Notes: generated by a model not told the origin, from the sequence alone. DNA of 64,000 nt from Candidatus Omnitrophota bacterium (GCA_041649115.1 JBAZNT010000002.1:48666-112665); one strand, 5' to 3'. Positions 43,775 through 53,952 are shown, counted from the first letter of the stretch. Program-made: numbers and translations.

Positions 43775-44077
43775 TCAAGCCTTTGTCTGTTCGGCCTCGG
43801 CAGACTTTTTGATGTAAGCGACGCAGTTCTTTTCCATCTCTATCTTGACGTTATCGTCAACCCGCAACACCACGGTCTTGTCCTTGACGTTGACTACCGT
43901 AGCGTGGATCCCCGAAGAGGTAACAACCTCGTCGTTCTTATTAAGGTTATCGAGCATCTTGCGGTGTTCTTTCTCCTTGGCCTTCTGGGGGCGAATGAGC
44001 AGGAAATAAAAAATAACGAAGATAAAAATTAACGGCGCAAATTGCATTATGGGATTAACGCTCTGACCTTGCGGCAT
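43775..44077 (-). CDS. yajC: preprotein translocase subunit YajC
   Basis: 100 aa. Single N-terminal TM helix plus the YajC consensus. Confidence 0.85.
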   Translation of the reverse strand: MPQGQSVNPIMQFAPLIFIFVIFYFLLIRPQKAKEKEHRKMLDNLNKNDEVVTSSGIHATVVNVKDKTVVLRVDDNVKIEMEKNCVAYIKKSAEAEQTKA

Positions 44078-44078
44078 C

Positions 44079-44327
44079 TTAAACCTCCTTGGATTTTTCC
44101 TTCTTGATTAGATTTTTAATCGTCTCTGACGGCTGCGCCCCGTTCTTAACCCAGTATGCCAGGCGCTCTTTATTGATTTTTGAAAGGCCCGTCACCGGTG
44201 AATAAAACCCCAGCTCTTCGATACACCTGCCGTCGCGGCCCTGGCGTTCGTCAAAAACGCTGAGGCGAAAATGCGGCCTTTTCTTGGGTCTCTTGCCTAT
44301 CCTCCTTAACCTGATAATAACTGCCAT
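44079..44327 (-). CDS. rpsP: 30S ribosomal protein S16
   Basis: 82 aa. MAVIIRLRRIGKRPKKRPHFRL. Confidence 0.9.
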   Translation of the reverse strand: MAVIIRLRRIGKRPKKRPHFRLSVFDERQGRDGRCIEELGFYSPVTGLSKINKERLAYWVKNGAQPSETIKNLIKKEKSKEV

Positions 44328-44344
44328 GCTTCCTCCCTTTTGTC

Positions 44345-45829
44345 TTACCTCGCTAGTGCCTCTACTAAGGCCTTTGCCTTGTTTATGGTTTCACGGTATT
44401 CCCTGGCCGGAACCGAATCCGCCACTATCCCTGCGCCTGCCTGGATGTACGCCGTCTTGCCGCGGGCAAGGATTGTCCTCAAAGTAATGCAGGTATCCAT
44501 ATTCCCGGAAAAGCTAAAATACGCTACGCACCCGGCATATGGTCCGCGCCGGACGCTTTCTAATTCTTCAATGATCTCCATCGCGCGGACCTTGGGGCTT
44601 CCGCTGACGGTGCCGGCCGGAAAACATGCCCGCAGCACGTCATATACATCGTAACGGGGGTCAAGAGCCCCCTTTACATTGGTTACCAGATGCATTACGT
44701 GGGAATATCTCTCTACGCTCATCAATTCGTCAACTTCAATCTTGCCTGTCTTGCAGACACGGCCAAGGTCATTCCTGCCCAGGTCTACCAGCATGATATG
44801 TTCAGCCTTCTCCTTGGCATCTTTTAAAAGCTCATCTTGAAGCCTGGCATCCTCTTCTTCATTTTTGCCGCGCGGCCGCGTACCGGCAACCGGACGGGTC
44901 TGCACCTGGCCGTCCTGAGAACGTACCAGTGTCTCGGGAGAAGAACCGATCAGGGCAAAATCCTTTAATTTTAAAAAGAACATATAAGGCGAGGGGTTAA
45001 TGCTGCGTAAACTGCGATAAATCTCAAACCACGGCTTTTTGATTTTGAACCTGAAGCGCTGCGACAAAACCACCTGGATAATATCGCCCCGTTGGATATA
45101 TTTCTTGGCGCGGCTGACTATGCGGCAGAACCCATTTTTTGTGAAATTAGAAGACATCTTCACCCGTTTACTCCCGCCTGCGCTATCATTATCAGCCGGT
45201 ATCCTGCCGCGCAATTGCCTATGGATAGCGTCAATCCTGTTTGTGGCCCGCCGGTAGAACCCAATCTTATCCTTACGGCTGAGCCTCCTGCCTTTAGGTA
45301 AAACTACGTTATAAATAATCTTGATGGTGTGATTGATGTGATCAAAGGCCAGTATTGTATCGGTCAAGATAAACGCTGCATCAGGAAGCTTAAGGTCATC
45401 CTTGTTTTTATCGGGCAGCCTCTCAAAGAAACGCACCATATCGTATCCGATATAACCTACCAATCCCCCGAAAAAACGCGGCAGCCCCTTCACCGGAACG
45501 GGCCTGAAGTCACGCATGATTTTTTTTATCTCTTCCAGCGGCCCCGCCGCAGCCCTGAAGCGGCTTACCTTGCCGCGATGGGTATCGGTAATCTCAATAT
45601 CCCTGCCTTTGCTCTTAAAGATAACGGCAGGCCTTGCCCCCAGGAAGGAATAGCGCGCAATTTTCTCCTGCCCCACTACCGATTCCAGGAGAAATGCATA
45701 ATCGTCCTTATCAATCTTAAGATATGCCGATACCGGGGTATCCAGGTCGGCATTTATCTGCTTATAGACCGGGATGAGGTTTCCTTTTGAGGAAAGCTTC
45801 AAGAATTGCCTTAAATCCGGATAATACAT
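44345..45829 (-). CDS. chorismate-utilizing enzyme, anthranilate synthase component I family (TrpE/PabB-like)
   Basis: 494 aa. Motifs LVDLGRNDLGRV, GTVSGSPKVRAMEIIEELE and GPYAGCVAYFSFSGNMDTCITLRT. No adjacent glutamine amidotransferase partner apart from hisH in the same cluster. Confidence 0.7.
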   Translation of the reverse strand: MYYPDLRQFLKLSSKGNLIPVYKQINADLDTPVSAYLKIDKDDYAFLLESVVGQEKIARYSFLGARPAVIFKSKGRDIEITDTHRGKVSRFRAAAGPLEEIKKIMRDFRPVPVKGLPRFFGGLVGYIGYDMVRFFERLPDKNKDDLKLPDAAFILTDTILAFDHINHTIKIIYNVVLPKGRRLSRKDKIGFYRRATNRIDAIHRQLRGRIPADNDSAGGSKRVKMSSNFTKNGFCRIVSRAKKYIQRGDIIQVVLSQRFRFKIKKPWFEIYRSLRSINPSPYMFFLKLKDFALIGSSPETLVRSQDGQVQTRPVAGTRPRGKNEEEDARLQDELLKDAKEKAEHIMLVDLGRNDLGRVCKTGKIEVDELMSVERYSHVMHLVTNVKGALDPRYDVYDVLRACFPAGTVSGSPKVRAMEIIEELESVRRGPYAGCVAYFSFSGNMDTCITLRTILARGKTAYIQAGAGIVADSVPAREYRETINKAKALVEALAR

Positions 45830-45854
45830 CCTGACTCCGCTTAGCAGTTACCGG

Positions 45855-46187
45855 TTATTTTTTTATTTTACGATAAAAACAGCTGCGGTTACCCGTATGG
45901 CAGGCCGCACCTACTTGACGCACCTTAAACAATAAAGCATCCATGTCGCAATCATAACAGGCAGTTTTGACATATTGGAAACAGCCGGAGGTAGCTCCTT
46001 TCACCCAGTATTCCCTGCGTGAGCGCGACCAAAAACATGTCTTGCCGAGTTTAAGCGTGCGCCTCAAAGACTCCTTATTCATATACGCGAGCATCAAAAC
46101 CTCGCCGCTCTTGTAATCCTGGATAACGGCGGGGATTAAGCCCCGGCGGTCATATTTCAAGCTTTTAAAGTCAAACCCTTTTTTCAT
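45855..46187 (-). CDS. hisI: phosphoribosyl-AMP cyclohydrolase HisI
   Basis: ORF track extends to 46244, giving a 61-nt overlap with hisF. Met-20 ([10 protein letters not shown]...) gives the usual 4-nt overlap. Motif [26 protein letters not shown]. Confidence 0.85.
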   Translation of the reverse strand: MKKGFDFKSLKYDRRGLIPAVIQDYKSGEVLMLAYMNKESLRRTLKLGKTCFWSRSRREYWVKGATSGCFQYVKTACYDCDMDALLFKVRQVGAACHTGNRSCFYRKIKK

Positions 46188-46945
46188 ATCCTGACTGCTA
46201 CTCCCTTCTTTGCCAGATAACCCTTGATCTCTTTTACAGTGCACTCCTGATAATGAAACAGGGAAGCCGCCAGGCAGGCATCGGCATTTCCCTTGGCTAT
46301 CGCCTCGTAAAAATGTTGCGGGGTACCCGCTCCTCCGGAGGCAATCACTGGTATATTAACACTCGCGCTGACGCTCCTGGTAAGCTCAATATCATAACCG
46401 TCCTTGGTGCCGTCATAATCCATGCTGGTAAGCAAAAGCTCTCCCGCCCCTAATCCGGAGGACCGCACCGCCCAATCAACCGCATCCAGTCCCGCCGGCG
46501 TCCTTCCTCCGTTAATAAAAACCTCCCAGCCCTGCCCCTGGGATTTTTTCTTGGCATCGATGGCCACTACGATACACTGGTTGCCGAACTTTAAAGATGC
46601 CTCCCGGATTAACTCCGGATATTTTACCGCCGCGGTATTAATGGATACCTTGTCGGCTCCGGCGCTTAAGAGTTCGCGGATATCCTTGATATCGCGAATG
46701 CCTCCTCCCACTGTAAATGGCATGAAGATGTTGCTGGCGATATCCTCAACCAGCTCAATCAGGGTTTTCCTATTTTCAAAACTGGCGGTGATATCTAAGA
46801 ATACGAGCTCGTCCGCACCCTGGGCATCATATGCCTTAGCCACCTCCACCGGATTGCCGGCATCCCGCAAGCCAAGAAACTTCACCCCTTTTACTACCCG
46901 GCCATCCTTGATATCAAGACAGGGTATGATACGCCTGGTTAACAT
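46184..46945 (-). CDS. hisF: imidazole glycerol phosphate synthase cyclase subunit HisF
   Basis: 253 aa. (beta/alpha)8 protein with [15 protein letters not shown]. Confidence 0.9.
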   Translation of the reverse strand: MLTRRIIPCLDIKDGRVVKGVKFLGLRDAGNPVEVAKAYDAQGADELVFLDITASFENRKTLIELVEDIASNIFMPFTVGGGIRDIKDIRELLSAGADKVSINTAAVKYPELIREASLKFGNQCIVVAIDAKKKSQGQGWEVFINGGRTPAGLDAVDWAVRSSGLGAGELLLTSMDYDGTKDGYDIELTRSVSASVNIPVIASGGAGTPQHFYEAIAKGNADACLAASLFHYQECTVKEIKGYLAKKGVAVRI

Positions 46946-46951
46946 AACTGC

Positions 46952-47371
46952 TTATTTAATCTTGGCAGAAAGATACTTTCTCAAAAGCTCCCAGGTCTTC
47001 TTGCCGACCCTTCCGTCAACTGCCAGGTCATTGGCCTTCTGGAATGCCCTGATTGCCTCTCTGGTGCCCCTTCCGATTTTGCCGTCAACCGCTCCGGTGT
47101 AATAACCGGCATTTTTAAGCGCTAATTGTATCTGTTTGGCGTTCGGGCGGGATTTTACTTCTACGGCCGGCCCTCTGGGAATAACGGCTGCCCTCTTGCT
47201 TAACTCTCCCTCGAGCTCGCTGATCTGCTGGTCCTTGGCCTGGACATCCGCTTCCAAAACGCTAATCTGGTTCTTTAACCCCTGGATCTGGAGGTCTCTC
47301 TTCTTAGCGCTGGCGCATCCGCTTAAAGCGATAACGAGCACCGGCAACAAAAAAACTGCTATTCTTTTCAT
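46952..47371 (-). CDS. lipoprotein with coiled-coil and C-terminal peptidoglycan-binding-like domain
   Basis: 139 aa. Signal peptide with lipobox LSGC. Coiled-coil segment. C-terminal region resembles the PG_binding_1 repeat (GYYTGAVDGKIGRGTREAIRAFQKANDLAVDGRVGKKTW). Inserted between hisF and hisA. Confidence 0.6.
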   Translation of the reverse strand: MKRIAVFLLPVLVIALSGCASAKKRDLQIQGLKNQISVLEADVQAKDQQISELEGELSKRAAVIPRGPAVEVKSRPNAKQIQLALKNAGYYTGAVDGKIGRGTREAIRAFQKANDLAVDGRVGKKTWELLRKYLSAKIK

Positions 47372-47386
47372 CTTACCGCTCCTCTC

Positions 47387-48103
47387 TCAAATAAATTTTA
47401 AAGCCTGGGTTAAGGTAAACCTTTCTTCGTACAAGGCCTTGCCTATAATTATACCTATCACCCCCTCTTTTTCCAGCGCTTTTATCCGCCGGATATCACT
47501 TAACGCAGATATGCCTCCCGAAGCAATTATCTTTATTCCTGTTTCTTTGAGGATATTCCTGATGCCCTTAACATTCGGCCCTTTGAGTGTGCCGTCCTTA
47601 GAGATGTCGGTATAGATAATACGCCTTAATCCGGTTTTTTTCAAGTCTTTGATAAACGACAGCGCATCTATCCCGGTCCTCTCCTTCCATCCCCTGATAC
47701 ACAAATCATTATCCCTGGCATCCACGCTTACAATTACCTTGTCCCCGAACTGCTCAAGCGCTTTACGAAGAAAATCGCGGTCAGTCGCGACCTTAGTGCC
47801 TAAAACGACCCGCGCTATGCCGCTATTAATCAGGGATTTGATGGTCCTGAGGCTGCGTATGCCTCCGCCGCATTCTACGGGTACCCTGACTTTTCCGGCA
47901 ATCTCTTTGACGATCCCGAGGTTCTTGGGCTTGCCGCTCATAGCTCCGTCAAGGTCCACCAGATGCAGGAATTCCGCGCCCTCATCCTCCCAGCGCCTGG
48001 CGGTCTTAAGTGGGTCGCGCGAATAAATCTTTTTATTAAACCTGCCCTCGACCAGCCTTACCACGCACCCCTGCTTAAGGTCTATGGCGGGAATAACCAA
48101 CAT
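47387..48103 (-). CDS. hisA: ProFAR isomerase HisA
   Basis: 238 aa. MLVIPAIDLKQGCVVRL. Confidence 0.9.
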   Translation of the reverse strand: MLVIPAIDLKQGCVVRLVEGRFNKKIYSRDPLKTARRWEDEGAEFLHLVDLDGAMSGKPKNLGIVKEIAGKVRVPVECGGGIRSLRTIKSLINSGIARVVLGTKVATDRDFLRKALEQFGDKVIVSVDARDNDLCIRGWKERTGIDALSFIKDLKKTGLRRIIYTDISKDGTLKGPNVKGIRNILKETGIKIIASGGISALSDIRRIKALEKEGVIGIIIGKALYEERFTLTQALKFI

Positions 48104-48104
48104 C

Positions 48105-48719
48105 TTAATTTTCTAACTCCACAAAGTTCTTCAGTATTTTAAGGCCTACCCCCTGGCTCTTCTCCGGATGGAATTGCGGCGCATAGATATTGCCGCGCCA
48201 TACCAGCGAAGTAAACTCTCCGGCATAATCAGTTGCGGCTGCAATCAACTCGTTATCCTTCAGGCAGGGATAATAGGAGTGGCAGAAATATACGTATGGC
48301 TTATCCGGCAATCCTTTCAACAAGGGGCAATCGGGTTTTTTAAAATTGAGCTGGTTCCATCCCATGTGAGGGACCTTGACCCCCGCTTCCGAATCAAACT
48401 TCTTGACCTCCCCCTTCAGGACACCCAGGCCTTTTGTCTTGCGGGCCTCCTGGCTGCGCTCAAACAAAAGCTGCATGCCCAGGCATATCCCAAGAAACGG
48501 CTTATTCCTTGCAATATGCTCTTTTAAAACAACAGCCAATCCCTGCCTTTCCAGTTCCAGGACGGCATCATCAAAGGCCCCTACTCCCGGGAGCACAACC
48601 TTCTCTGCCTTGGCAATAACCCCGGGCTGATTAGTAACTACCGTGGAGGAGCCGGCATATTCCAGCGCCTTCTGCACGCTGTGGATGTTACCCATGCCGT
48701 AGTCAATAATCGCAATCAT
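48105..48719 (-). CDS. hisH: imidazole glycerol phosphate synthase glutaminase subunit HisH
   Basis: 204 aa. Class I GATase triad (GICLGMQ, HSY). Confidence 0.9.
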   Translation of the reverse strand: MIAIIDYGMGNIHSVQKALEYAGSSTVVTNQPGVIAKAEKVVLPGVGAFDDAVLELERQGLAVVLKEHIARNKPFLGICLGMQLLFERSQEARKTKGLGVLKGEVKKFDSEAGVKVPHMGWNQLNFKKPDCPLLKGLPDKPYVYFCHSYYPCLKDNELIAAATDYAGEFTSLVWRGNIYAPQFHPEKSQGVGLKILKNFVELEN

Positions 48720-49394
48720 CTAATCAATCACGCCTTTTGTGGAGGGGATGCCTTTGCGGCGGGGATCAATCTGGCAGGCCGCATCCATGGCTTTACCTAA
48801 AGCCTTGAAGATGGGCTCTAAGGTAGTATGCAAATCACTGCTGGCATTCTCTATTTTAATATTCAAATTCATTCCGAGTTGCTTGGCAAGGGCCTCAAAA
48901 AAATGCTCGGCATATTCAAGCTTATAGTTCTCTACAGGTTTAATGGCTTCCGCAGGTTCAATTTTTTTTAATTTATCGTATAACTTACCAAAATCTGCAG
49001 TGCTAGGCTGTCCATCCGCATCTCCTTTAAGGGCGCCGCTAATTTTAAAAGAACCCCTTCCGCTGATATCAAGGATTACTGTAGCGGTTACTTCTTCCAT
49101 CGGAACACTGGCAGAACCGACCCTTTTGATTCCTTTTTTATCACTAAGCGCCTCCTTAAAGGCCTGCCCCAGGACAATACCTACGTCTTCATTGGTATGG
49201 TGTATATCAACCTTATTGATGTCGCCTTGGGCCTTTATATCAAGGTCAAACAACCCCCAGAACGCAAACAGCTCCAGCATGTGATTAAGCAACCCTATGC
49301 CGGTATCAATGCTGGATTTTCCGGTACCGTCGATATTAAGCCCTACCTTAATTTGGGTCTCCGTGGTTTTTCTTTCTCTTGTTGCCTTCCTCAT
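48720..49394 (-). CDS. hisB: imidazoleglycerol-phosphate dehydratase HisB
   Basis: 224 aa. Motifs TKETQIKV, GIGLLNHML, HHTNEDVGI and DPRRKGIPSTKGV. About 25 aa internal insertion relative to typical IGPD. Confidence 0.85.
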   Translation of the reverse strand: MRKATRERKTTETQIKVGLNIDGTGKSSIDTGIGLLNHMLELFAFWGLFDLDIKAQGDINKVDIHHTNEDVGIVLGQAFKEALSDKKGIKRVGSASVPMEEVTATVILDISGRGSFKISGALKGDADGQPSTADFGKLYDKLKKIEPAEAIKPVENYKLEYAEHFFEALAKQLGMNLNIKIENASSDLHTTLEPIFKALGKAMDAACQIDPRRKGIPSTKGVID

Positions 49395-49403
49395 GCCTCC
49401 CCC

Positions 49404-50627
49404 TTAAAACCTCGCCTTCACCGAATCCAAATGCTTGTTTAGCCCCTCAATCCCCGCAATCTTCTCCAGCGGCTCCCGCATTTTCTCAAGCGCTTTCTTA
49501 GAATAACTGATTATATGGCTGGTCTTGATAAAGTCAAGCGCGGATAATCCTGAGAAAAACCGTGCCGTTCCATGGGTAGGCAGCACGTGGCTGGGGCCGG
49601 CAACATAATCTCCTATGGCTGCGGGGCTATAAGGACCGAGGAATACCGCCCCGGCATTGTTAATCCCCTTCACGAGCCGCTGGGGGTTCTTCACCAGGAT
49701 CTCCAGGTGCTCAGGGGCAATCCTGTTAGCCACCTCAACCGCCTGGGTCAGGTTTTTAGTCAAAATAATAAAACCGTTGATATTGGAAAGCTGGCTCCTT
49801 ACCTCGCGGGCCAGCCCCTTGGAATTCGTAATAAGGATTGCCAGGCCCTGGGCGTGTTCGGCCTGGGCATTAAGGTCTGCGATTATATATTTGGGGTCGC
49901 TGTAGCGGTTAGCGATAATAACCAATTCCGTAGGACCGGCAATCATGTCTATATCCAGATAACCGAAAACCTGCCTCTTGGCTTCGCTGACATAAATATT
50001 GCCTGGCCCGACAATCTTATCTACCTTCGGGATAGTCTTGGTGCCGTATGCCAAGGCGGCAATGCCCTGCGCCCCGCCTACGCGGTAAATCTCATTTACC
50101 TTCAAGAGGTCTGCGACCACCAGGATATGAGGGTTAATGTGCCCCTCCTTATCCGGAGGGCTTATCAGGACTATCCTCTTGACCCCCGCTATCTGGGCAG
50201 GTAAAACAGTCATGTATACCGTAGAAACCAGGGGCGCTGTTCCGGCCGGGATATAAATGCCCACCTTATCCAGGGGAATGCATTTTTCACCCAGCACCAC
50301 GCCGTCGGGCCCTTTCATTCTCCAGGATTTCTTGAGGGCCTTTGCGTAAAACCGGTTTACGTTTTCAATCACTACCTTAAGGCTGGAGACAAAATTAGGG
50401 CTGATATTTTGATAGGCCCCGCTCAGCTCTATCTGGGAAACCTTTAGCTGCTTGGCGCTGAGCTTTACCCCGTCAAACTTACGGGTATACTTGAGCACCG
50501 CCTCGTCACCCCCCAGGCGCACGTCGTTAATAATACGCCTGACCTTATCCTGGATCAGGCGCGAACGCAGTATTTCGCGGTTATAGATTTTTTCCAGTTT
50601 CTTGCTGGTAAAATGCATGATCCTCAT
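49404..50627 (-). CDS. hisD: histidinol dehydrogenase HisD
   Basis: 407 aa. HDH motifs (AGPTEL, IADLNAQAEH). Confidence 0.9.
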   Translation of the reverse strand: MRIMHFTSKKLEKIYNREILRSRLIQDKVRRIINDVRLGGDEAVLKYTRKFDGVKLSAKQLKVSQIELSGAYQNISPNFVSSLKVVIENVNRFYAKALKKSWRMKGPDGVVLGEKCIPLDKVGIYIPAGTAPLVSTVYMTVLPAQIAGVKRIVLISPPDKEGHINPHILVVADLLKVNEIYRVGGAQGIAALAYGTKTIPKVDKIVGPGNIYVSEAKRQVFGYLDIDMIAGPTELVIIANRYSDPKYIIADLNAQAEHAQGLAILITNSKGLAREVRSQLSNINGFIILTKNLTQAVEVANRIAPEHLEILVKNPQRLVKGINNAGAVFLGPYSPAAIGDYVAGPSHVLPTHGTARFFSGLSALDFIKTSHIISYSKKALEKMREPLEKIAGIEGLNKHLDSVKARF

Positions 50628-50628
50628 C

Positions 50629-53256
50629 TTATGCTGCCTTTGTTTGAATTATATTCCTGAGCTCTCTAAAGGCCTGCGGGAAATTCTCCGGTTTATCTCC
50701 TCCGGCCTGGGCAAAGTCTTTTCTCCCCCCGCCGCTTCCGCCTATAAGCCTGGCTACCTCCGGGATAAGCTTACCGGCATCCCAACCCTTTTCTGCTAAA
50801 TCCTTGGTAACGCCGACTACCAGAATGGCGCGGCCGTTAAGGGTTGCGCCCAATGCTGCCACGCATCCGGACATCCTATCTTTAACAACGTCCATCGCGC
50901 TTCTTAAAACGTCCATATCGGCATCGGGCATTACCTCGGAAATAACCTTGATACCGCCAATGTCATCTGCGCATTCTATCAACTTCTCCAGCGAAGCGCG
51001 CGCCCCCTCGATCTTCATGCTCTGCCGTTCTTTTTCCATGGCCTTCAGGCGCCCGAGTTTTGCCTCTAACTGCTCTGCGATTTTGTCCTTTTCAGTATTC
51101 AAGATAGACTGCACCTCTTGAAGAACCTTCTCGTCATTCTTAACGGCGTCGTAAGCGACCTTGCCCGTAACCGCCTCTATCCTCCTGATGCCGCTGGCTA
51201 TGGAGCCTTCCTGGATTATCTTAAAAAGACCTATCTGTCCGGTATGATTAAGGTGCGTGCCTCCGCAAAGCTCTCTTGAAAGACCTTCCGCCTCAACTAC
51301 CCTGACTGTCTTGCCGTATTTCTCCGCAAAGAAAGCCAGGGCGCCCTTTTTCTTTGCCTCTGACAAAGTCGTTTCTTTGGCAGTCAGCTGGATATCATCC
51401 AATATGTAACTGTTAACCTCGCTTTCTATGCGGCGCAGCTGCTCGTTGTCAATATCTTTGAAATGGGTAAAATCGAAACGCAGTCTCTCGGCCCCTACCA
51501 GCGACCCCTGCTGTTTCACGTGCGCTCCGAGGATCTTCCTTAAGGCTGCCTGCAGAAGATGGGTTGCGGTGTGGTTGCGTGCAATTCCCAGGCGGCGCTC
51601 CTTATCGACAACTGCTTTTACCTGTGCCCCTGCCTTAAGGGACCCGTCTTTCATTATTCCGTAATGAATAGATACGCCCTCGAATTTGGAGGTATCGGAA
51701 ACCTCAAAAATGCTTCTTGCGCTCTTTATGTTTCCGCTGTCGCCTACCTGGCCTCCGGACTCAGCATAAAAAACCGTCTTATCCAGAATAATGCCCGCCT
51801 CTTCTCCCTTGGCTATCTTCTTTACGGGCTTGTTGTCTTTTAAGATACAGAGCACCTTAGCGGCGGTCTCGTATTTATTATACCCTAAAAACCGCGTTTT
51901 CTTCGCGTTGAGGTGTAATCGCTTGGCGTCAAAAACATCCCCCTTCATCGCGCTCTGCGTTTTGGAACGGCTCTTCTGTTCTTCCAATTTCCTGTTCGTA
52001 ACCTTGCCTACTTCTGCGGGAACATTAATGCCTTTATTTTTTAGCCATTCCATAGTTATCTCCAGGGGGATCCCGTAAGTGTCATAGAGCTGAAAACAAA
52101 CTACCCCTATTTTCTCGGGATCACCGCAAGAAACAACGGATGAAAATTTCTCGCCTAGAATCTTATCGCTTGAATTCAAAATGGAGATAAAATTTTTTTC
52201 TTCCGCCAGGATAATCTCGGCGATATTCTCCCGGCGTTCGTTTAAAGCAGGATACGGCTCTTTCATAATCTCTGAGAGCGCCGCTACTAATTTATAAAGA
52301 AACGGCTTCTTGATCCCAAGCGCCGCCAGGTGCAAGACGCTCTTGCGGATCAATTTCCTTATCACATAACCGCGGCCTTCATTAGAAGGCAGGACCCCGT
52401 CATAGACTGCGAAGGTAACGGCCCGGATATGGTCGCAAACAGCGTAAAGTGATTCCTTATCCGGTTCATTTGATGCCTCGCGTAAAATCTCCCTGAGCAG
52501 AGGCTTAAAAAGGTCTGTTTCAAAATTACTGCCTACCCCCTGCATTACGGCTGCCAGCCTCTCAAGCCCCATGCCGGTATCGATATTTTTGCGCGGAAGG
52601 GGCTCTAACTTCCCGCCTTCTCTGCGGTTAAACTGTGTAAATACCAGGTTCCATACCTCCAGGAACCTGCCGCACTTGCAAGACGGGGTGCAATCATTCC
52701 TGCCGCATCCCGCGGATTTGCCCTGGTCAAAGAAAATCTCCGAACAGGGGCCGCACGGGCCGTTCGGGCCTTTTTGTTTCGCTTCCGAAGGCCAGAAGTT
52801 TTCCTTGTCTCCCAGGCGCACAATCCTGTTTTTTGGCAACCCGACCTTATTGCTCCAGATGGCATGGGCCTCTTCGTCGTCCTTATAGACTGACACCCAG
52901 AGCTTCTCTTTGCTGATGCCAAGCTCTCCTGTCAAAAAATTCCAGGCGTAAAGAATGGCCTTTTCCTTGAAGTAGTCGCCGAAGGAAAAATTGCCGAGCA
53001 TCTCAAAAAACGTGTGGTGGCCGCTGGTCTTGCCTACCTTCTCCAGGTCATCCGTACGCAGGCAGCGCTGGGAAGAGGCGGCTCGGGTAAAATCATCAAT
53101 CGCCCCCAGAAACTGCTTCTTGAACTGATTCATTCCTGCGGGGGTAAACAATACCGTCGGGTCATCGCTCGGGACGAGTGAATCGCTATCCACAATGCGG
53201 TGACCGTTGGCCTTGAAGTAATCCAGAAACTTTCTTCTTAGAAGGTCGGATTTCAT
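50629..53256 (-). CDS. alaS: alanine--tRNA ligase
   Basis: ORF track extends to 53355. Met-34 (MKSDLLRRKFLDYFKANGH) matches the AlaRS N-terminus and abuts the recX stop. HxxxH...CxxxH editing domain. C-terminal DHHA1. Confidence 0.95.
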   Translation of the reverse strand: MKSDLLRRKFLDYFKANGHRIVDSDSLVPSDDPTVLFTPAGMNQFKKQFLGAIDDFTRAASSQRCLRTDDLEKVGKTSGHHTFFEMLGNFSFGDYFKEKAILYAWNFLTGELGISKEKLWVSVYKDDEEAHAIWSNKVGLPKNRIVRLGDKENFWPSEAKQKGPNGPCGPCSEIFFDQGKSAGCGRNDCTPSCKCGRFLEVWNLVFTQFNRREGGKLEPLPRKNIDTGMGLERLAAVMQGVGSNFETDLFKPLLREILREASNEPDKESLYAVCDHIRAVTFAVYDGVLPSNEGRGYVIRKLIRKSVLHLAALGIKKPFLYKLVAALSEIMKEPYPALNERRENIAEIILAEEKNFISILNSSDKILGEKFSSVVSCGDPEKIGVVCFQLYDTYGIPLEITMEWLKNKGINVPAEVGKVTNRKLEEQKSRSKTQSAMKGDVFDAKRLHLNAKKTRFLGYNKYETAAKVLCILKDNKPVKKIAKGEEAGIILDKTVFYAESGGQVGDSGNIKSARSIFEVSDTSKFEGVSIHYGIMKDGSLKAGAQVKAVVDKERRLGIARNHTATHLLQAALRKILGAHVKQQGSLVGAERLRFDFTHFKDIDNEQLRRIESEVNSYILDDIQLTAKETTLSEAKKKGALAFFAEKYGKTVRVVEAEGLSRELCGGTHLNHTGQIGLFKIIQEGSIASGIRRIEAVTGKVAYDAVKNDEKVLQEVQSILNTEKDKIAEQLEAKLGRLKAMEKERQSMKIEGARASLEKLIECADDIGGIKVISEVMPDADMDVLRSAMDVVKDRMSGCVAALGATLNGRAILVVGVTKDLAEKGWDAGKLIPEVARLIGGSGGGRKDFAQAGGDKPENFPQAFRELRNIIQTKAA

Positions 53257-53711
53257 AAATTTTCTAAAGCATCCCTGACGCTGGCCGGAGAAAACCCCCG
53301 GCGGATAAGGTATCCATAAACGCGGCGTTTTGCCTTTTCCGGTTCCCTGCCGCATAACCTTTCAAATCTGGAGCGCGCAATGCGCGAAACAGTCTCTGCC
53401 TCCGGGAAATTCTCCTGCAACCGCTGCAATTCTTCGTCAATGATCTCCTGGCTCACGCCTTTAAGTCTTAGTTCCTGGCGCAGCCTGCATGGCCCCCACG
53501 GCCTCCCGGCGCGCGAGGCAACCCACATCCTGGCAAATTCGCGGTCGTCCAGAAAACGCCTCTCTTTTAAGAAAGAAATGACCTCCCGGATTACCGGGGC
53601 CTGAAACTTCTTCTCTTTAAGGCGGCAGGATAATTCTTTCTCGCTGCGCAGCCTGAATTTCAAAAGCAAAAAGGCATAGTCCCTGGCCTTCTGGAAAGAT
53701 TTATCAGTCAC
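53253..53711 (-). CDS. recX: RecA regulator RecX
   Basis: 152 aa of three helical repeats. Classic recA-recX-alaS synteny. Confidence 0.8.
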   Translation of the reverse strand: MTDKSFQKARDYAFLLLKFRLRSEKELSCRLKEKKFQAPVIREVISFLKERRFLDDREFARMWVASRAGRPWGPCRLRQELRLKGVSQEIIDEELQRLQENFPEAETVSRIARSRFERLCGREPEKAKRRVYGYLIRRGFSPASVRDALENL

Positions 53712-53952
53712 CCTTGATGAGAAAATATCCGCGCGAGGTCTTAAAAAGGCAGTCTCCCTTAACCCCCTTGATGACCTCCTGGTAATCCGAAAGGGTCTTA
53801 ACGGGATGTTTATTAATTTCCTCGATTACCTCTCCGACTGCCAGGCTGGCGGTTTCTACCTGCGCAGCTCCTCCTCTTCCCTGCACCCCTGCGCTTATAC
53901 CTACTGCTAAGGCTGCAATCAGCAGTATAATTCTGATCCTCATTCCCGTCAT
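53704..53952 (-). CDS. small secreted hypothetical protein (partial PDZ-like fold)
   Basis: 82 aa. Signal peptide MRIRIILLIAALAVGISAG. C-terminal GEVIEEINKHPVKTLSDYQEVIKGVKGD resembles the second half of a PDZ domain. Overlaps the recX start by 8 nt. Confidence 0.45.
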   Translation of the reverse strand: MTGMRIRIILLIAALAVGISAGVQGRGGAAQVETASLAVGEVIEEINKHPVKTLSDYQEVIKGVKGDCLFKTSRGYFLIKGD

